A stretch of 63,789 nucleotides of DNA, counting the filler, from Hyphochytrium catenoides (lineage: Eukaryota; Protista; Hyphochytriomycota), in assembly GCA_900088475.1 (NCBI GenBank). It is 6 parts of 6 records of this genome, joined end to end, with 100 filler letters (N's around TTAATTAATTAA, not from the genome) between each part and the next. Parts side by side here need not be neighbours in the genome. Positions count along the whole stretch, not along the records: positions 24,721 to 48,261 come from FLMG01002887.1; positions 48,362 to 57,668 come from FLMG01003496.1; 4 more parts are not named here. One strand, given 5' to 3'. Positions 38,931-50,854 of this stretch are shown piece after piece. A program made the position numbers and the translations under genes. The stretch's first letter is position 1. Every line of letters starts with the position of its first letter. The notes beneath the pieces were generated by a model. The model was not told the origin of the DNA, ran no database searches, and saw only the letters and a list, made by a program, of their open reading frames with translations.

Positions 38931-41900
38931 ATGGCGTCGTCGATGGATCTGCCTGAAGCAGCTGGCATGGATGAGCCTGCATCCCCCATGGCACCTTCTT
39001 CTCCCCGGAGTCCGGCTAAAAATGTACCAAAGGCGGTCGTTGACAATCCCACATTTGATCTTGAGGGCTACATACAGAAGTACGAAGGATATACAAAACT
39101 GGCACGGCTCGTCTTCATTGCAGAGCGGTGCCCAACAATCGCGCCCGATGCATATCGACTCTGCCTTCAGGAACTCAAGCAGGGTGTCAACACGGTAAGT
39201 CAGCCAGCGACGGGTAGGAGAAAAAGAAGAGAGAGAGAGAGCAACAGAGAGAGAGAGAGAGTACGAGCAAGGGTGCAGTGCATCTGCCTCCATAGGAGTG
39301 ATTGACATAGTAGACAGTGGCAAGTCACCAGTCAGGGGAGGAGCAACATCTGCAACGCGTTAGGATGGAGGCGGACAGGAAGGAGCTATAGACATTGAAA
39401 TAACTTGACGCACTAGGCACAATTTGCTTATCTCGTCAATGCCTAAGTGCGGGCTTCCCCGCGTTCCTCTCATTCTTTTCAGACAATGTACGAGGATATC
39501 TCCCAGAAGGTGGGAGACAGTCTAGGTCCTGACTTCTCCTACGACAAAGCCTGGGTTGAGAACGTTGAGAAGAAGTCCAAGCAGAAGCTTGACCGCCTCC
39601 AGCAGGAGCTGCAGTCATACAAACAGAACCTAGTCAAGGAGAATATCAGGGTAGGGGATACACCGAGTTGATGTCCTAACGTATGGCCATTGCTTTTTAT
39701 CTGCATCTTTTCGCTTCTGATCCTCTCCGTCGTCTCTTGCTACTTCCTATGGTTCTGGCTTACCTGGCCTTGCAAGTGGCGTCTCCCTCTTTCTCTCTCC
39801 TTACCTGTCGGTCACGGCCTCCATGTCACCTTCGAGCCTATGAATTAGACGCACGTTTCCTCGTAGAGTTATGTGACCTCCTCACTCTCTCTGGCTCTAT
39901 CGTTCCTCTTCTCGTCCCACCTGCATCCCAATGTATGACTTGCAGATGGGCCACAATGACCTGGGGCTCTTCTACTATCAGCGAGGAGACCTGCCGTCTG
40001 CGCTAAAATCCTTCATCCGGACGAGAGACTATTGTACCACTAGCAAGCACATCCTAGAGATGTGCTTGCATGTCATAACGGTACGCTTCTCGTTCGTTGA
40101 GCTCTTTTTCCCTTCTGTTACTTTCACAGGCGTATCCTCATGTCTTTACGGGCAGTGGATATCTGCATGGGGCCCACGCCACCCTTGATCGCCTTCAACT
40201 TACCCTGCTCTCTTGCGCTCCGCTATCATTTCCTTTGTTCAATGGATACTGCTTTGCGTCTCTTGCACGTCCTCTTTCCTTATCTAGAGGATTACTTGAG
40301 TCAGCTCAGTTGCCAGAATCGCTAACGAGCACCTTCTCGCTCCTTCGATCCCCTTAGATTGCAGTTCACTTGGGTAACTACAATCACGTGTTGAACTATG
40401 TAGCGAAGGCGGAGCAGTCAGTTCCGGCGACAGAGTCTCTGGACAAAATGTGAGGCTCCGGGTTTCGCAGTTTCATTGGAAGTGAGAGAGGACAATGAGG
40501 ATAGGAGGACTTTCAAGGAGTAGCATATTGAGAGGGAGTAGAGCCTTTATCGCCGTTTAGATAGTATGAGGATGCCCCAGGTATAAAGTGTTGAACCTCA
40601 AGGCGCTAGATTAGCCGTTTGTTGGTTGTTGCTTGTTCAGAGTGATGTGTGGCGCCTTAAACGGCAGGCTGAGCGATTCTCTCCTCCGCGATCCTACAGC
40701 TCAATCTCCCTTCCCTTGGTGTTTTTTTCTATGACTTGCATCCTTAGTGTGGCGGCGAAGCTGAGATGCTGCTCAGCTTTGGCGCTATTGGAGAGCGAGA
40801 AGTATGAAGCTGCGGCTAACTCCTTTATCGAGGTGTCATACGATATAGGCAATGACTTCAACCAGGTAAGACTCAAACCGCAGCAACAAGCCAGCTTTCT
40901 TCCGGTCCCATAGTCCTCTTTCGTTGTTTGCCTCATATTATCGGTTAGTCCTCTATCAAAAGAGCAAAAGAGAGCGCTTCGAGCTTTCTATGGCCACTTA
41001 GCTTCTGCCTTCTGTCCATGTCTTCCGCCTTCGTCGTCTTTTCACCTTTACCGGTTGCTTGGTTCTAAGACCCTGCCTCTGATCCCAATTGGCGTCCTTG
41101 TCTTCTTGTTACCGCTTAGGTTATCCACGCCGAAGACATCGGAATCTACGGCGGATTTTGTGCGCTAGCTACCTTCTCAAGGGAAGATCTTCGTTCCAAA
41201 ATCATCGAGAATCAGCAGTTTAAACAGTTTCTGGAGCTCGTGCCTAAAGTTAGAGAGCTGGTCTTGGATTTCTTCAACAGCAGATACGCTGCATGCTTTG
41301 CTAACATTGAGAGAATGAAGGTATGGGACAATGAAAGCTGAAGCAGTGACCAAAGTGGGTAGGAATGAGTTGAGACCGCTAGTGAAGGACGATGCATGCG
41401 CTGTTGGAAACGAGCGCGACTTGTTTTGCCCGTAGGCTTGTAGAGGGACGTCTGCTCACTTTAGACTGAAAGAAGGCTTGTCTGGCATTGGAAGGAGAAT
41501 GAATTGGCGGTCAACTAAGAAGGGAACATCAGGACTCTCTCCTCTAAAGCCCATGTTTCCCTCTCTAGAATGACTTAGAGCTGGACATCCACCTATACAA
41601 GCACATGCCGTTTCTCATCGGGGAGATTCGTAACAGGGCGTTGATCCAATACTTCTCTCCCTACCTCAGCGTGGACCTTAGAAGCATGGCTGCTGCCTTT
41701 TCTACTGCAGAAGAGGAGTTGGAGAAGGAGCTGAGTGCCCTCATCAGGGCAAAAAGAGTTGCTGGACGTATCGATAGACATAAGAAGGTCAGCCGCCACT
41801 ACCTTTATACTATCGCCCCTGCTATCTCAGCCTAGCTATCCAATTAACGTCTACCTCATGGCGTAGTACGAGTTCACTATCTTCCTGCTGCCCTGAGAAT

Positions 41901-42371
41901 GGGTCCATCCATACCCCTTCGCTGTTATAGGGCCCTCCTAACGCTCCTGCAACCTTCTCATCCCTCTTCCTACTCATGTCCTTTGCTACTTTGCTACATT
42001 CGCTTTCGGCCACTTGGACTGCTTGACCATAGGTCCTGCTAGCTCGGCACGCAGATCAGCGAAGTGCCGTTTTTGAAAAGACCTTTGAAGTGGGTCGGAC
42101 GTATATTCGCGACACGAAGGCGCTTCTGCTCCGTGTAGATCTGCTGAAGAATGACTTCGTAGTGAGACAAGGAAACAAGGCGGGAGGAGGAGGAAGGATG
42201 AGACATGGAGGTGTAGGCTGGGGCGGCTCCTACCATGGGGGAGAGAGAAGGGAGAGACTGGCAGGGGCACCCTCGTCGCACCTCAACACTCTTTCTTCTG
42301 AGCCACCGCGCTCACCACCAACCTCCAGTGCTAGGGAAAACCCATCGTGCCCAATGCAGGCAGGAGATTAA
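38931..42371 (+). CDS. CSN1: COP9 signalosome subunit 1 (PCI domain), multi-exon
   Basis: [27 protein letters not shown]; [14 protein letters not shown]|[33 protein letters not shown]; [17 protein letters not shown]; FKQFLELVP; [32 protein letters not shown]; GRID. Confidence 0.95.
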
Positions 42372-43059
42372 CAATGTAAGAAATGGAAGAGAAAATAGAA
42401 GAATTCCAGCTTAGGGTGGACGCATGTCCTCAGAGTGCAGCGTCTTCTCTGTAGTGGTTTGATAGTGAATGAGCCCTGCTCAATCAATAAAGCTTCGTGG
42501 TGCCAAGGCCTTGACCAGCCCATCCCCGCATGAGCTCTCTGCAGCCGATTCCTGTCTTATGAAGCTCAATTGCCATTGTCCATTGTTCCCTAGGCCTGGT
42601 GAGGGCTTATTATTCGATTCGCGGCGATATCATCCGCGATGCGGACATGGAGACCAAATATTACCAGGCAAAACATCAGTATGACTGGTAACGGCTAACC
42701 TGAGGTCCTAAGATGGGCGTTAGCGGTAGCCTTTGGGCTGAAAATAAGGTGGTTTCGGTTGTTGGGACCGTGGAGGACACTCCTGAGTGAAGCGCCAGAA
42801 CCAGGCTTGGCAGCTGACAGGCAGCAGGGCAGCAGCAGGCGCGCCGCAGAGGGCGGAGGTTACGGTCTCTTGTTGGGGCGGGTCTTTGGAGTCCACGTGC
42901 TTGCCAGGGCTATTCGAGTGATTCGTGGCCGAAGCCGTGGTTCGTGTAGGTGCTGTGACTCTGTGATATGAGGAGAGGGAGCTGAGGAAGGGCTGCTCCC
43001 ACTGACGGACATGTTGACGAGGCTGGAGGAAGTCCACAAGACTTGTCATTGGTTTAGCT

Positions 43060-44010
43060 ATGGTCTGCTACGCTCAATCGTCCTGGCCCTCTTCTGTGCC
43101 ATCACTGACCAGATCTACGACCAGAGGTAGGATCTACGCCACTTTGCTTGAGACCAAGCTGCAATGCCAATATGCTTCTCTTAGGGATAGTTTCGGACCA
43201 AAGCTCTTCTGGCTGGCCTATGACAATGGGATACATGCAGTCACAGCAGCTCTGACGTGGGGTTTGGTCCTGGCTAACGAGCAACAGAGGCAGAATGAGA
43301 GCGAGACCGGAAGAAACACCGACAAGGAGATAAAGCGAGGACTACCATGGATTATTCTTCCCGTGGCTAGGTGCTTGCAGAGTCGCTCTTGTCGGCTGGA
43401 GCTTCTCGCTGCCTTTCTGTGTGGCAGTTTGCTAGATCTTGATCACTTCATTGAAGCAGCATCGCTCAAGCTATCTCACGCTATCAATCTCCAGGTTAGG
43501 AAGAGTTCCTGCTGTCGTCTCCCTAACTTCGCATTTTCCTAAGAGAAAAATCTCTACTGAACCTGTCTATAGCTCTTTCTTCTCTAGGAAGCCCTTAGAA
43601 GCTCATTCTTCGCCCTTCTCTCTCGCCTGTTTGCTGTCTTTGTTCGTCTTCACTGTCTTGAACTCTGACTTTTGCCCGTTTTCTGGCTTTAGGAGAGACC
43701 TTTTGGTCATTCTGCTTTGTTTGTCCTCGGCCTCTGCGTGGCTGTAGGCTACTTCTATGGCATGCGCCGTGCACTGCTAGTTCTCTCTGCTCTGCTCTCT
43801 CATCAGCTGAGGGACAGTCAGAGGCGCGGCATGTGGCTGGGCCCGCTAGGACATACAAAGGCTCTCCCTGTCCCCTTTTACCTGTTGCTCATGGGAGTGC
43901 TACCTCTCTCTCTTACTTTCCTCCTGTTTTCTTCCTTCTTGGTTCCATGTCCCTCTATCTGCAGGCGCCACAGGAGGCAAGGTGGATACTCTCCCTTATA
44001 CGCTGTCTGA
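43060..44010 (+). CDS. TMEM267: TMEM267-like membrane protein (metal-dependent hydrolase-like), two or more exons
   Basis: DNGIHAVTAALTW; AFLCGSLLDLDHFIEAASLKLSHAINL; RRPFGHS after the ~43495-43692 intron; LSHQLRDSQRRGMWLGPLGHT. Start codon uncertain. Confidence 0.8.
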
Positions 44011-44157
44011 GGTGCCATCAAACTGAGGGAAGACCGAAAGAAAAGACTGTGACTCTTTACTTATATGCAGCAAACGATAGAGGAAAGATTCATACAATGT
44101 GCAGTAGAGAGAGGTAGAGGCAAAGGCAAAAGCCAGAAGAGCCAGGCTGAAGGACGC

Positions 44158-47100
44158 TCAGATCCAAATTGGAATATCTTCCAGATCGCTATCTTCCTCT
44201 TCCTCCTCCCTCTCTTCTTGCTGAGCCTTCGCTTCCTCTTGCTCCTCCTCGAGCCCCTCGAAGTCTGCCTCTACATTCTCCATTGTCGAGGAAGGAGATT
44301 GAGAGATAGTCTCAAGGGCACCCTCTTCCTCCTCGTCGTTCCGAAGAGCCGGTTCTGGGAGAGATAGAGAGAGCTTCTCCATTGAGAAAGCCTCTGTCGT
44401 CGCCTGTCGTGAGCCATTCAATGCTTTGAGGGAGAGAGAAGCGTAGGTGAAGAGGTCTTGGTAGTTCCCGGACTCTAGAGCCTCCTTCATCCATTTCAGG
44501 TACATGCGGCATAGGGCATCACTTTCCTCCCCAGAGTTCTCGACAGAAGCAAGTCGAGGATGGGAAGAGACTTGTTGAAGAAGTGCCGCAGTCTCTTCAG
44601 GCACTGGCCGAGCCAAGTTGTCCAGGTTCTCTGCATGTTCAAGGAGAGTCAGCGACAATAATAGAGCCTAAAAGGGAGGGGCCTGAAATGTCCCTGTCAT
44701 ACCCTTGATTCTCCTGCCATAGACCAGCACCGCCTCCTGATTTCCTGAACGCTGCGCTTCTCGGAAGAGCCTCAGCTATAGAATAGGGCGAGGCGAGGAT
44801 AAGAAGAGACAGAGAGAGAAGAGTCAGACCTACAATGGCCGGAAACCTGTTGGCATTTCAAGGGAGAGGACACGACAAACGGTATGATCTAACCTGCTGG
44901 CGTTCTACGGACATCGCATAGGCAGTGAGCTTGGGATGCTCCTCGATAGAAGCAACAAGAGCCGCAAGCTGTGGCGGCAGCCCCGTCTGGAGGTTGTCCA
45001 GCATTGTCCTGATCTCGCAGGCATAGGTTGTAGCACCAGCTATGTTGCCAGCGGCGACGGCTGTACAGCGAAGATAGAAAAGTCAGTAGAGGTCTAGAGC
45101 GCGCAAGGTATAGGACCGAAGAGCCGTACAGGAAGGAGAGGGGGAGCAAGATTGTGAGTTCTTCTTCTGGGACCAACATTGGCGGCGATAGCCGTACAGA
45201 TGGCCTCCTCCGTACAAGAATTCTCATTTCTAGGGAAGGAGGAGTAAAGGTAACTCATTTACAGAACCTTGGCGGAGCCAGTGAAGCTTCTTCCCCTCGG
45301 CCGAGTGGCTAAACTGTGCAATCTTCGGGTGCCGCTCGATGGCATCGACAGTCTCTCGGAGTTCTTGGGGAAGGGAGGAGTCAAAGTAGGCAAGGAGCTC
45401 TAGACAGAGAGACACGACAGTTGATCAGTAAATTTCTCGATCAACATCGGTTTCCACACACGCAATGATTCTCCTGCTTATAATATGTGACGTTGTAAAA
45501 GGTGTTGCCTGGAGGACTAGCCAACTCTCTTTTTCTCTTGTTTCCCCGTCTGTCTTCTCCCTCTCCTCATCTCGCTCTTTTCCTCTCTCTCTCCCTCACT
45601 CTGTTCCCCATCTCAACCCCAATTTTTCAGTTCCCTGAAGGCCTAGCCGGAACCCCTTTATTTCAGGCCTCTCTCCTTCCCCTTCGCCCCCTCTCTCTTC
45701 CTTTCTCTCCCTCTCTCACCCCCACCAACAACCCCGGTTTCTTCAGCCTCCCTTCCGGTCAAAGTATCCCGCTCTCCCGGCCTCAAGGATGATTGAAGTC
45801 TGTCACCTCGGCGGGGGCAATAGGACGGTAGTGTTGGCATCTTACCTAGCAGCTCCTCACAGAGCCCTTGTGAATTCTCCAAGTCTCCAGCTTCCACTGC
45901 ATCTCTCATGAGCTTGACTTTGTAGCTCTCCGCACAGTCATCTTGGAAGCGCTCAAGGAGCGGATGGCTCTCCACCTGTCTCACGAGCATTTGCAAAGAA
46001 GGAGGGAGGCCCGTCTCCAGGGTTTGAATATTTCTCCGCACGTCCTTCACATAACGAGAGACAGCCTCGTAGTTGCCGGACCTAAGCCCTGATGGACAAG
46101 AGGAAGGTTATAACAGCAACGGGGAACGAGAGGCAAAACTATGCGATAAAGGCAACCACAGCGAGTGGCATTTTTTAGACTGAAAAGAACTCCTGCAGAC
46201 TTTGCCAAGGGGTGATTGGCCGGGGAACGACAGAGACACGAGGAAGAAGTCCTACCATCCTCGATGAGCCTCAGTTTGAAGCCTTCGGGACCTCGGCGGA
46301 AAGTATCAATCTGAGGATGACAGAAGATACTTTGGACGTCTCTCTGCACATCGGAACCCATTCCCTGGCGCAGGTTGGCGGTCATCTCTGTTACGGAGTA
46401 GAGAGACAGGACCCAGGGAAGGAGAGAAAGAGAAAGAAGAGGTCGGGAAAAGAGAATAAGCAACAGCTTATGACCCACGGGCTTCAGCTAGGAGAAACTT
46501 ACTCTGCAAGTAGAAGAGCTGCTTTCGCACTTCACTTTGATTCCCGATGGCCGCCGCTAAGCAAATAAATGGAGTTGGATAGAGGGAGAGAACGGGAGTA
46601 ACGGCGGACGTGAGATAGGTGCTAACCTAAGACAGTTCAGAGCAAACACGAAGGGTCCAGCTCAGGGATCTTGCTTGTGTATACTTTCGGTTAGGGAAAG
46701 AGGGCACTGACGCAAGGAAGACGCGAGCGGGTGAGCTTACCAGCTCTTAGCTTCCTAAGTCTCCAGCCCTCCTCACTCTTCTCAATCTGTTGCAGCGCTG
46801 AATCCTTCTCAAGCGCCAGAAAGTCAGCACGTAGGCTGCTTGGCAGCAAGAGGAACCCTTCTGGCTCGTTCCTTGCATCTTCTCTCTCTGACAGATGAAA
46901 AGACCCAGCAGGCTTCCCTTCTCTCTTCTCCTCAGCCTCCAGACGGACCAGCACTGCCTCTACGCTGCCCAGCTTCTTCACAACCTCGCTGATTGAGGAA
47001 GCTGCTAATACGGAGACAGAGACGGAGGTCTTGACCTTCTTCTCAGGCTTGGAGACAGAAGCAAAGAAGACTTTCTCTTTCCCGACAGGGCTGGCAGCAG

Positions 47101-47555
47101 GGACATTCTCCCACTGGTTCTGACTTCTCTGCTTGATCCTCGGCTTAGAAGCTCCATCTATCGGAGGAAATCAGTCAAAAAAAGAGAAATCGGCAGTGGA
47201 AGTCTTTGTTTTTCGAGATTCCAAGGACAGAATAGGAGGGAGAGAGCCAGACCAGTGGCACTGACGACGACGCTGAACCGATAAAGGAAGAATGGCAAGG
47301 TGTAAGAGCGTGGAGAGGAAGGGAGAGAGAGAGAGTGTGTAAAAGAAAAAGAGAGGGAGAGTACGGGAGAGAGAAAGAGAGAGAGAGTGAAGCGCGTGGA
47401 TGGTGGTGGCGCTCACCTTCTTTGTTGGCTGTGCGGAGCTCCTTGAGCTGTGGAGTGGCAGGATTCTCTTTATCAAGCCCCAGCCTTGAGCGGGTTTTCG
47501 GTGCCTTTGGCTTCGGAGTGTCGAGCTTATCTTGGAAGATCTCAACCTTTGGCAT
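44158..47555 (-). CDS. Uncharacterised protein with six ~60-aa helical 'HP' repeats, an N-terminal KEN motif and an acidic C-terminus
   Basis: Spliced exons give repeated LP..L...V..IE.HP.L..F....E..KL..L..A...GN.....Y units. Start MPKVEIFQD at 47555; ends EDIPIWI* at 44158. Confidence 0.75.
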
Positions 47556-48261
47556 GATTCTCTCTCTCTGTCTCTCTCTGTCTTTCTCTTTTCTCACTCT
47601 TTACCTATATAATATAGAAGCTCACTCCGTGTGAGATCTACAGTTGATGCGTGGGAAACGCTCCTGACTCGTAGAAGGAAGACAAGTTTTTCTCTTTCTT
47701 GGACCGCCGCAGTGACGCAAAGAGGAAGAGACACGGCTAGAGAAGAGAAGACGGCTCCGCCGCTAGTTACCGGGAAGAAAGGAGAGAGAGACGCGCTTTC
47801 CTCGAGAAAGGCAGGGACGGAGAGGAAGACAAGAAGAGGGTTATTATTTATATAGGAGAATTGGCCACCTAGGCCGTGGAAGGAAGAACAGACAGCAGAC
47901 AGGGCAAGAAGAGTAAAGCGGAAGGGGCGATGATGGAGCTCCTCTCTCCTTCTTTCAAGGGCTTCGGTCGCTGCTGTTCCTCATCAGTGGGAAGGATGGC
48001 AATCTGGACTTAAAAAGAGAGAAGAGAGGAGGAGAGAGAGAAAGAGAGGAGAGGGTGTGTGGAAGAGAGAGAGGAGAGGGAAAGATTGCGAGAAGAGAAG
48101 AGACAGAGGATCCTACTAGCCAGTGAACCGAGGTTGCCAGAGCAAAGCGAGACACAGAGAGACAGAGAGCCTACTAACCCTAACCAGCAGAGTGATCGAG
48201 CCAGAGAAGAGAGAGAGGGAGAGAGAGAGAGAGAGAAAAAGAGGGAGAGAGAGAGAGAGAG

Positions 48262-48361
48262 NNNNNNNNNNNNNNNNNNNNNNNNNNNNNNNNNNNNNNN
48301 NNNNNTTAATTAATTAANNNNNNNNNNNNNNNNNNNNNNNNNNNNNNNNNNNNNNNNNNNN
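48262..48361. other. Artificial contig spacer
   Basis: TTAATTAATTAA at 48306-48317 between N runs. Confidence 0.97.
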
Positions 48362-48700
48362 AGAGTGAGAAGGTAGAAAGCTAGAGAGTAAGCGCGAGGA
48401 GAGTGTCTCCTGAAGGAGATTATAATAGACGCCAGCCAGCCCCCGAGCACGACATGCGCCATCGTCCGCCTGCAGTCGCTCTCAGAAAGAAGGAGAACGG
48501 GCTGAACGGCGACGAGAACCTTTTTTGGCGGTCCTTCAGCTCCGCCTTCTGCTGGACCGTCGTAGCTAACCTGCGAGTTACTGTCCTCATTACGGCTAGC
48601 AGGATGGGTCATGGCGCTCTCCCGGTCCTCTTGGCCCTTAGCAGAGGAGGTAGAGGTGGCGTGAATTCTCGTCATATTCTGCCTCTTTTGCGCAGCAGTT
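48362..48700 (-). CDS. Possible N-terminal part of a membrane protein, truncated by contig end
   Basis: Disordered segment followed by hydrophobic AHVVLGGWLASIIISF..YSLAFYLLT running into the gap. Confidence 0.3.
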
Positions 48701-50854
48701 CCTCCACCAACCTCCAATATGGGAGGTGCTCCACTACTGGCAGTGGTGGTTATTAAGAACAAGTGCAGAGAAGGTAAGCGACAGAAGGAAGAAGGGCTGT
48801 GTTGTTCCCATCCTTCTCTTCCTTCAGAGCACACCTAACCGCTTATTATTTGATTTCCATGCAGTTGATGCATTGACCATGGATCAGTGAGCATAAGGCC
48901 AGAAAAAAGTAAGAGATAGAGAGAGGGGAAGAGGCTGGGAGGCGCCCAAACTACTATGACGAGCGACTGATAGCTTCCTTGGCTACTCTTCTTTTTGGCG
49001 ATTTTGACGAGACCAAGACAGTGTGAAGAGAGCTTCTCGACCATCCAGCCTTTCAATTATCGGCAACTACCCAGCGGCGACCTGCGTCCCGGGCCGATAC
49101 AATGAACTTATTGGCTCCGTAGGTGCTTTCCATCTGGGATAATCTGCGCACTTGGAAGAAATCAACGGCCAATTCGGCGAACACGCTGTTCCTGCTCTCT
49201 TTCTTCCATCAACCTTCTCTTGCCCGTTACGCCTTTGCTGCTTGCTGCTTTGGCCGACCGGCCCTGATATCTCTGCCGCCTTCTCCTTAGCTCATTCCCA
49301 CTCTCCCGCTTCTTCTTCTCTCTGGCCCCATCGCCCTCTCACCTCAACCTCTCCTCAGCTCTCTCTCAAGCGCGGCCTTACTCCCTTAGAAGACAATCCT
49401 CTCACTTCCTGAGTGCGGCACCAAATTGGCAGTTTCACTACCATCATAAAGCATGTATTCTGAATAGACTGACTAGTATTGGTGCAGATGGAGAAAAAGA
49501 TGGATCACTATTCCCTATTTGAAGGGGTGCCCAGAAGTCACAATACTCCTTCCACCAAAGCCGCAGAGTCGTCCAATCGCCTCATCATCCATCCCCTGCC
49601 GTGGGGCATTCTCCCTGTCCTCTTGCCGCTTGCACTCATCTCAGACACGTCGTGGCTGGCGTTGATCGTCTCACATCCTGCATCCTCTCCCTCCTCCTCA
49701 GCTAGGTCACGGGCTATAACAATCGCAGAAGAAGAAACCCTAAGCTTATATGCCCAGACAGTCGTCGGGTCTCTTCTATTGGTGATGGTCTCACCCTATA
49801 TCCACTAATAAGTAATATCAAAAGCGGCACGTCGAAGACGACGTTCCTTCCTTCTGGCTCCTCTCGTCGCTTTCTAGTCCTCCTCTTCTCCCTCTCTTCT
49901 CCTATTGGGTCACCACTTCTTGGTTGCTGTTCCCAGGATGTCTTATTCGGCACAGCGACCCTGTGGGTAGACGAGGTGACCTTGCGCCTCCTCCCGGACT
50001 CGATCCTACAACTCAACCTGGATTCTTTAATTGTCCTAGGTCTTATGATTGAAAGGCCTCTGCAGCTCTTGTTGCCATGCTTCTGGGGTCCTTCCGCTTT
50101 CTCCTTTGCTGTTGGTGGTGGTAGTAGTACGATAAACCGCCACTCTTCCATAGCTTCTTTATTGATGCTTCGCGATCTCTCTTCAGCAGCTCCGCTGGGA
50201 CAATTTTTGGGTGAAGTCGTCAATATTTCTCCCTGCAGGCCTCGCCGAAGGGCTCACATTTTTAACCCCTTTTTCATAGTCTTCTTCCGTCGTTCTGTCA
50301 ACTGTCAGTAACTGCTCCCTTCTTTGTCTTGGCATGAGTTGATAGTGGGGTGTGAGCACATGGGCCCTCTAAAGCAGGGAGATGTCGTTTGGAGGTTGCG
50401 GTCTAGACCATCAATCATCAGGACGCTGATCATCGGATGATCAACCGTTGAATGTTCTCTTTTGTAGCTTCCTTACATAATATAGTAATTAACCTCTGCC
50501 CTGCTGATCACCGGCGTCGAGTACCTTTCATAGGACATTTTTGAAAAAAGCAAACAGGAGTCTGTGCATGATTTGGCATATGAGGAAACGGTATGCTTGC
50601 CGCAACCTCGCCAAGCTCGTCATCTCTGCCCACGATGGGTGTACAAGGTGAAAGTGGCTCCAAACTGAGTAGTGGCTAAGAAGAAGAGAAGAATGCAATG
50701 CACCACCTTCTGCGCTGACGACACCTCATCCATGCCGCGAGCTCGAACGTGCACTTTTGCAACTTGTGCTTATAAAGTTAGGATATCTCAGCCAATTTGC
50801 TTCTCCTTCCTCCAATGAGTACTATTTGTGTTGTCTATTTACGAAGACCAGTAT

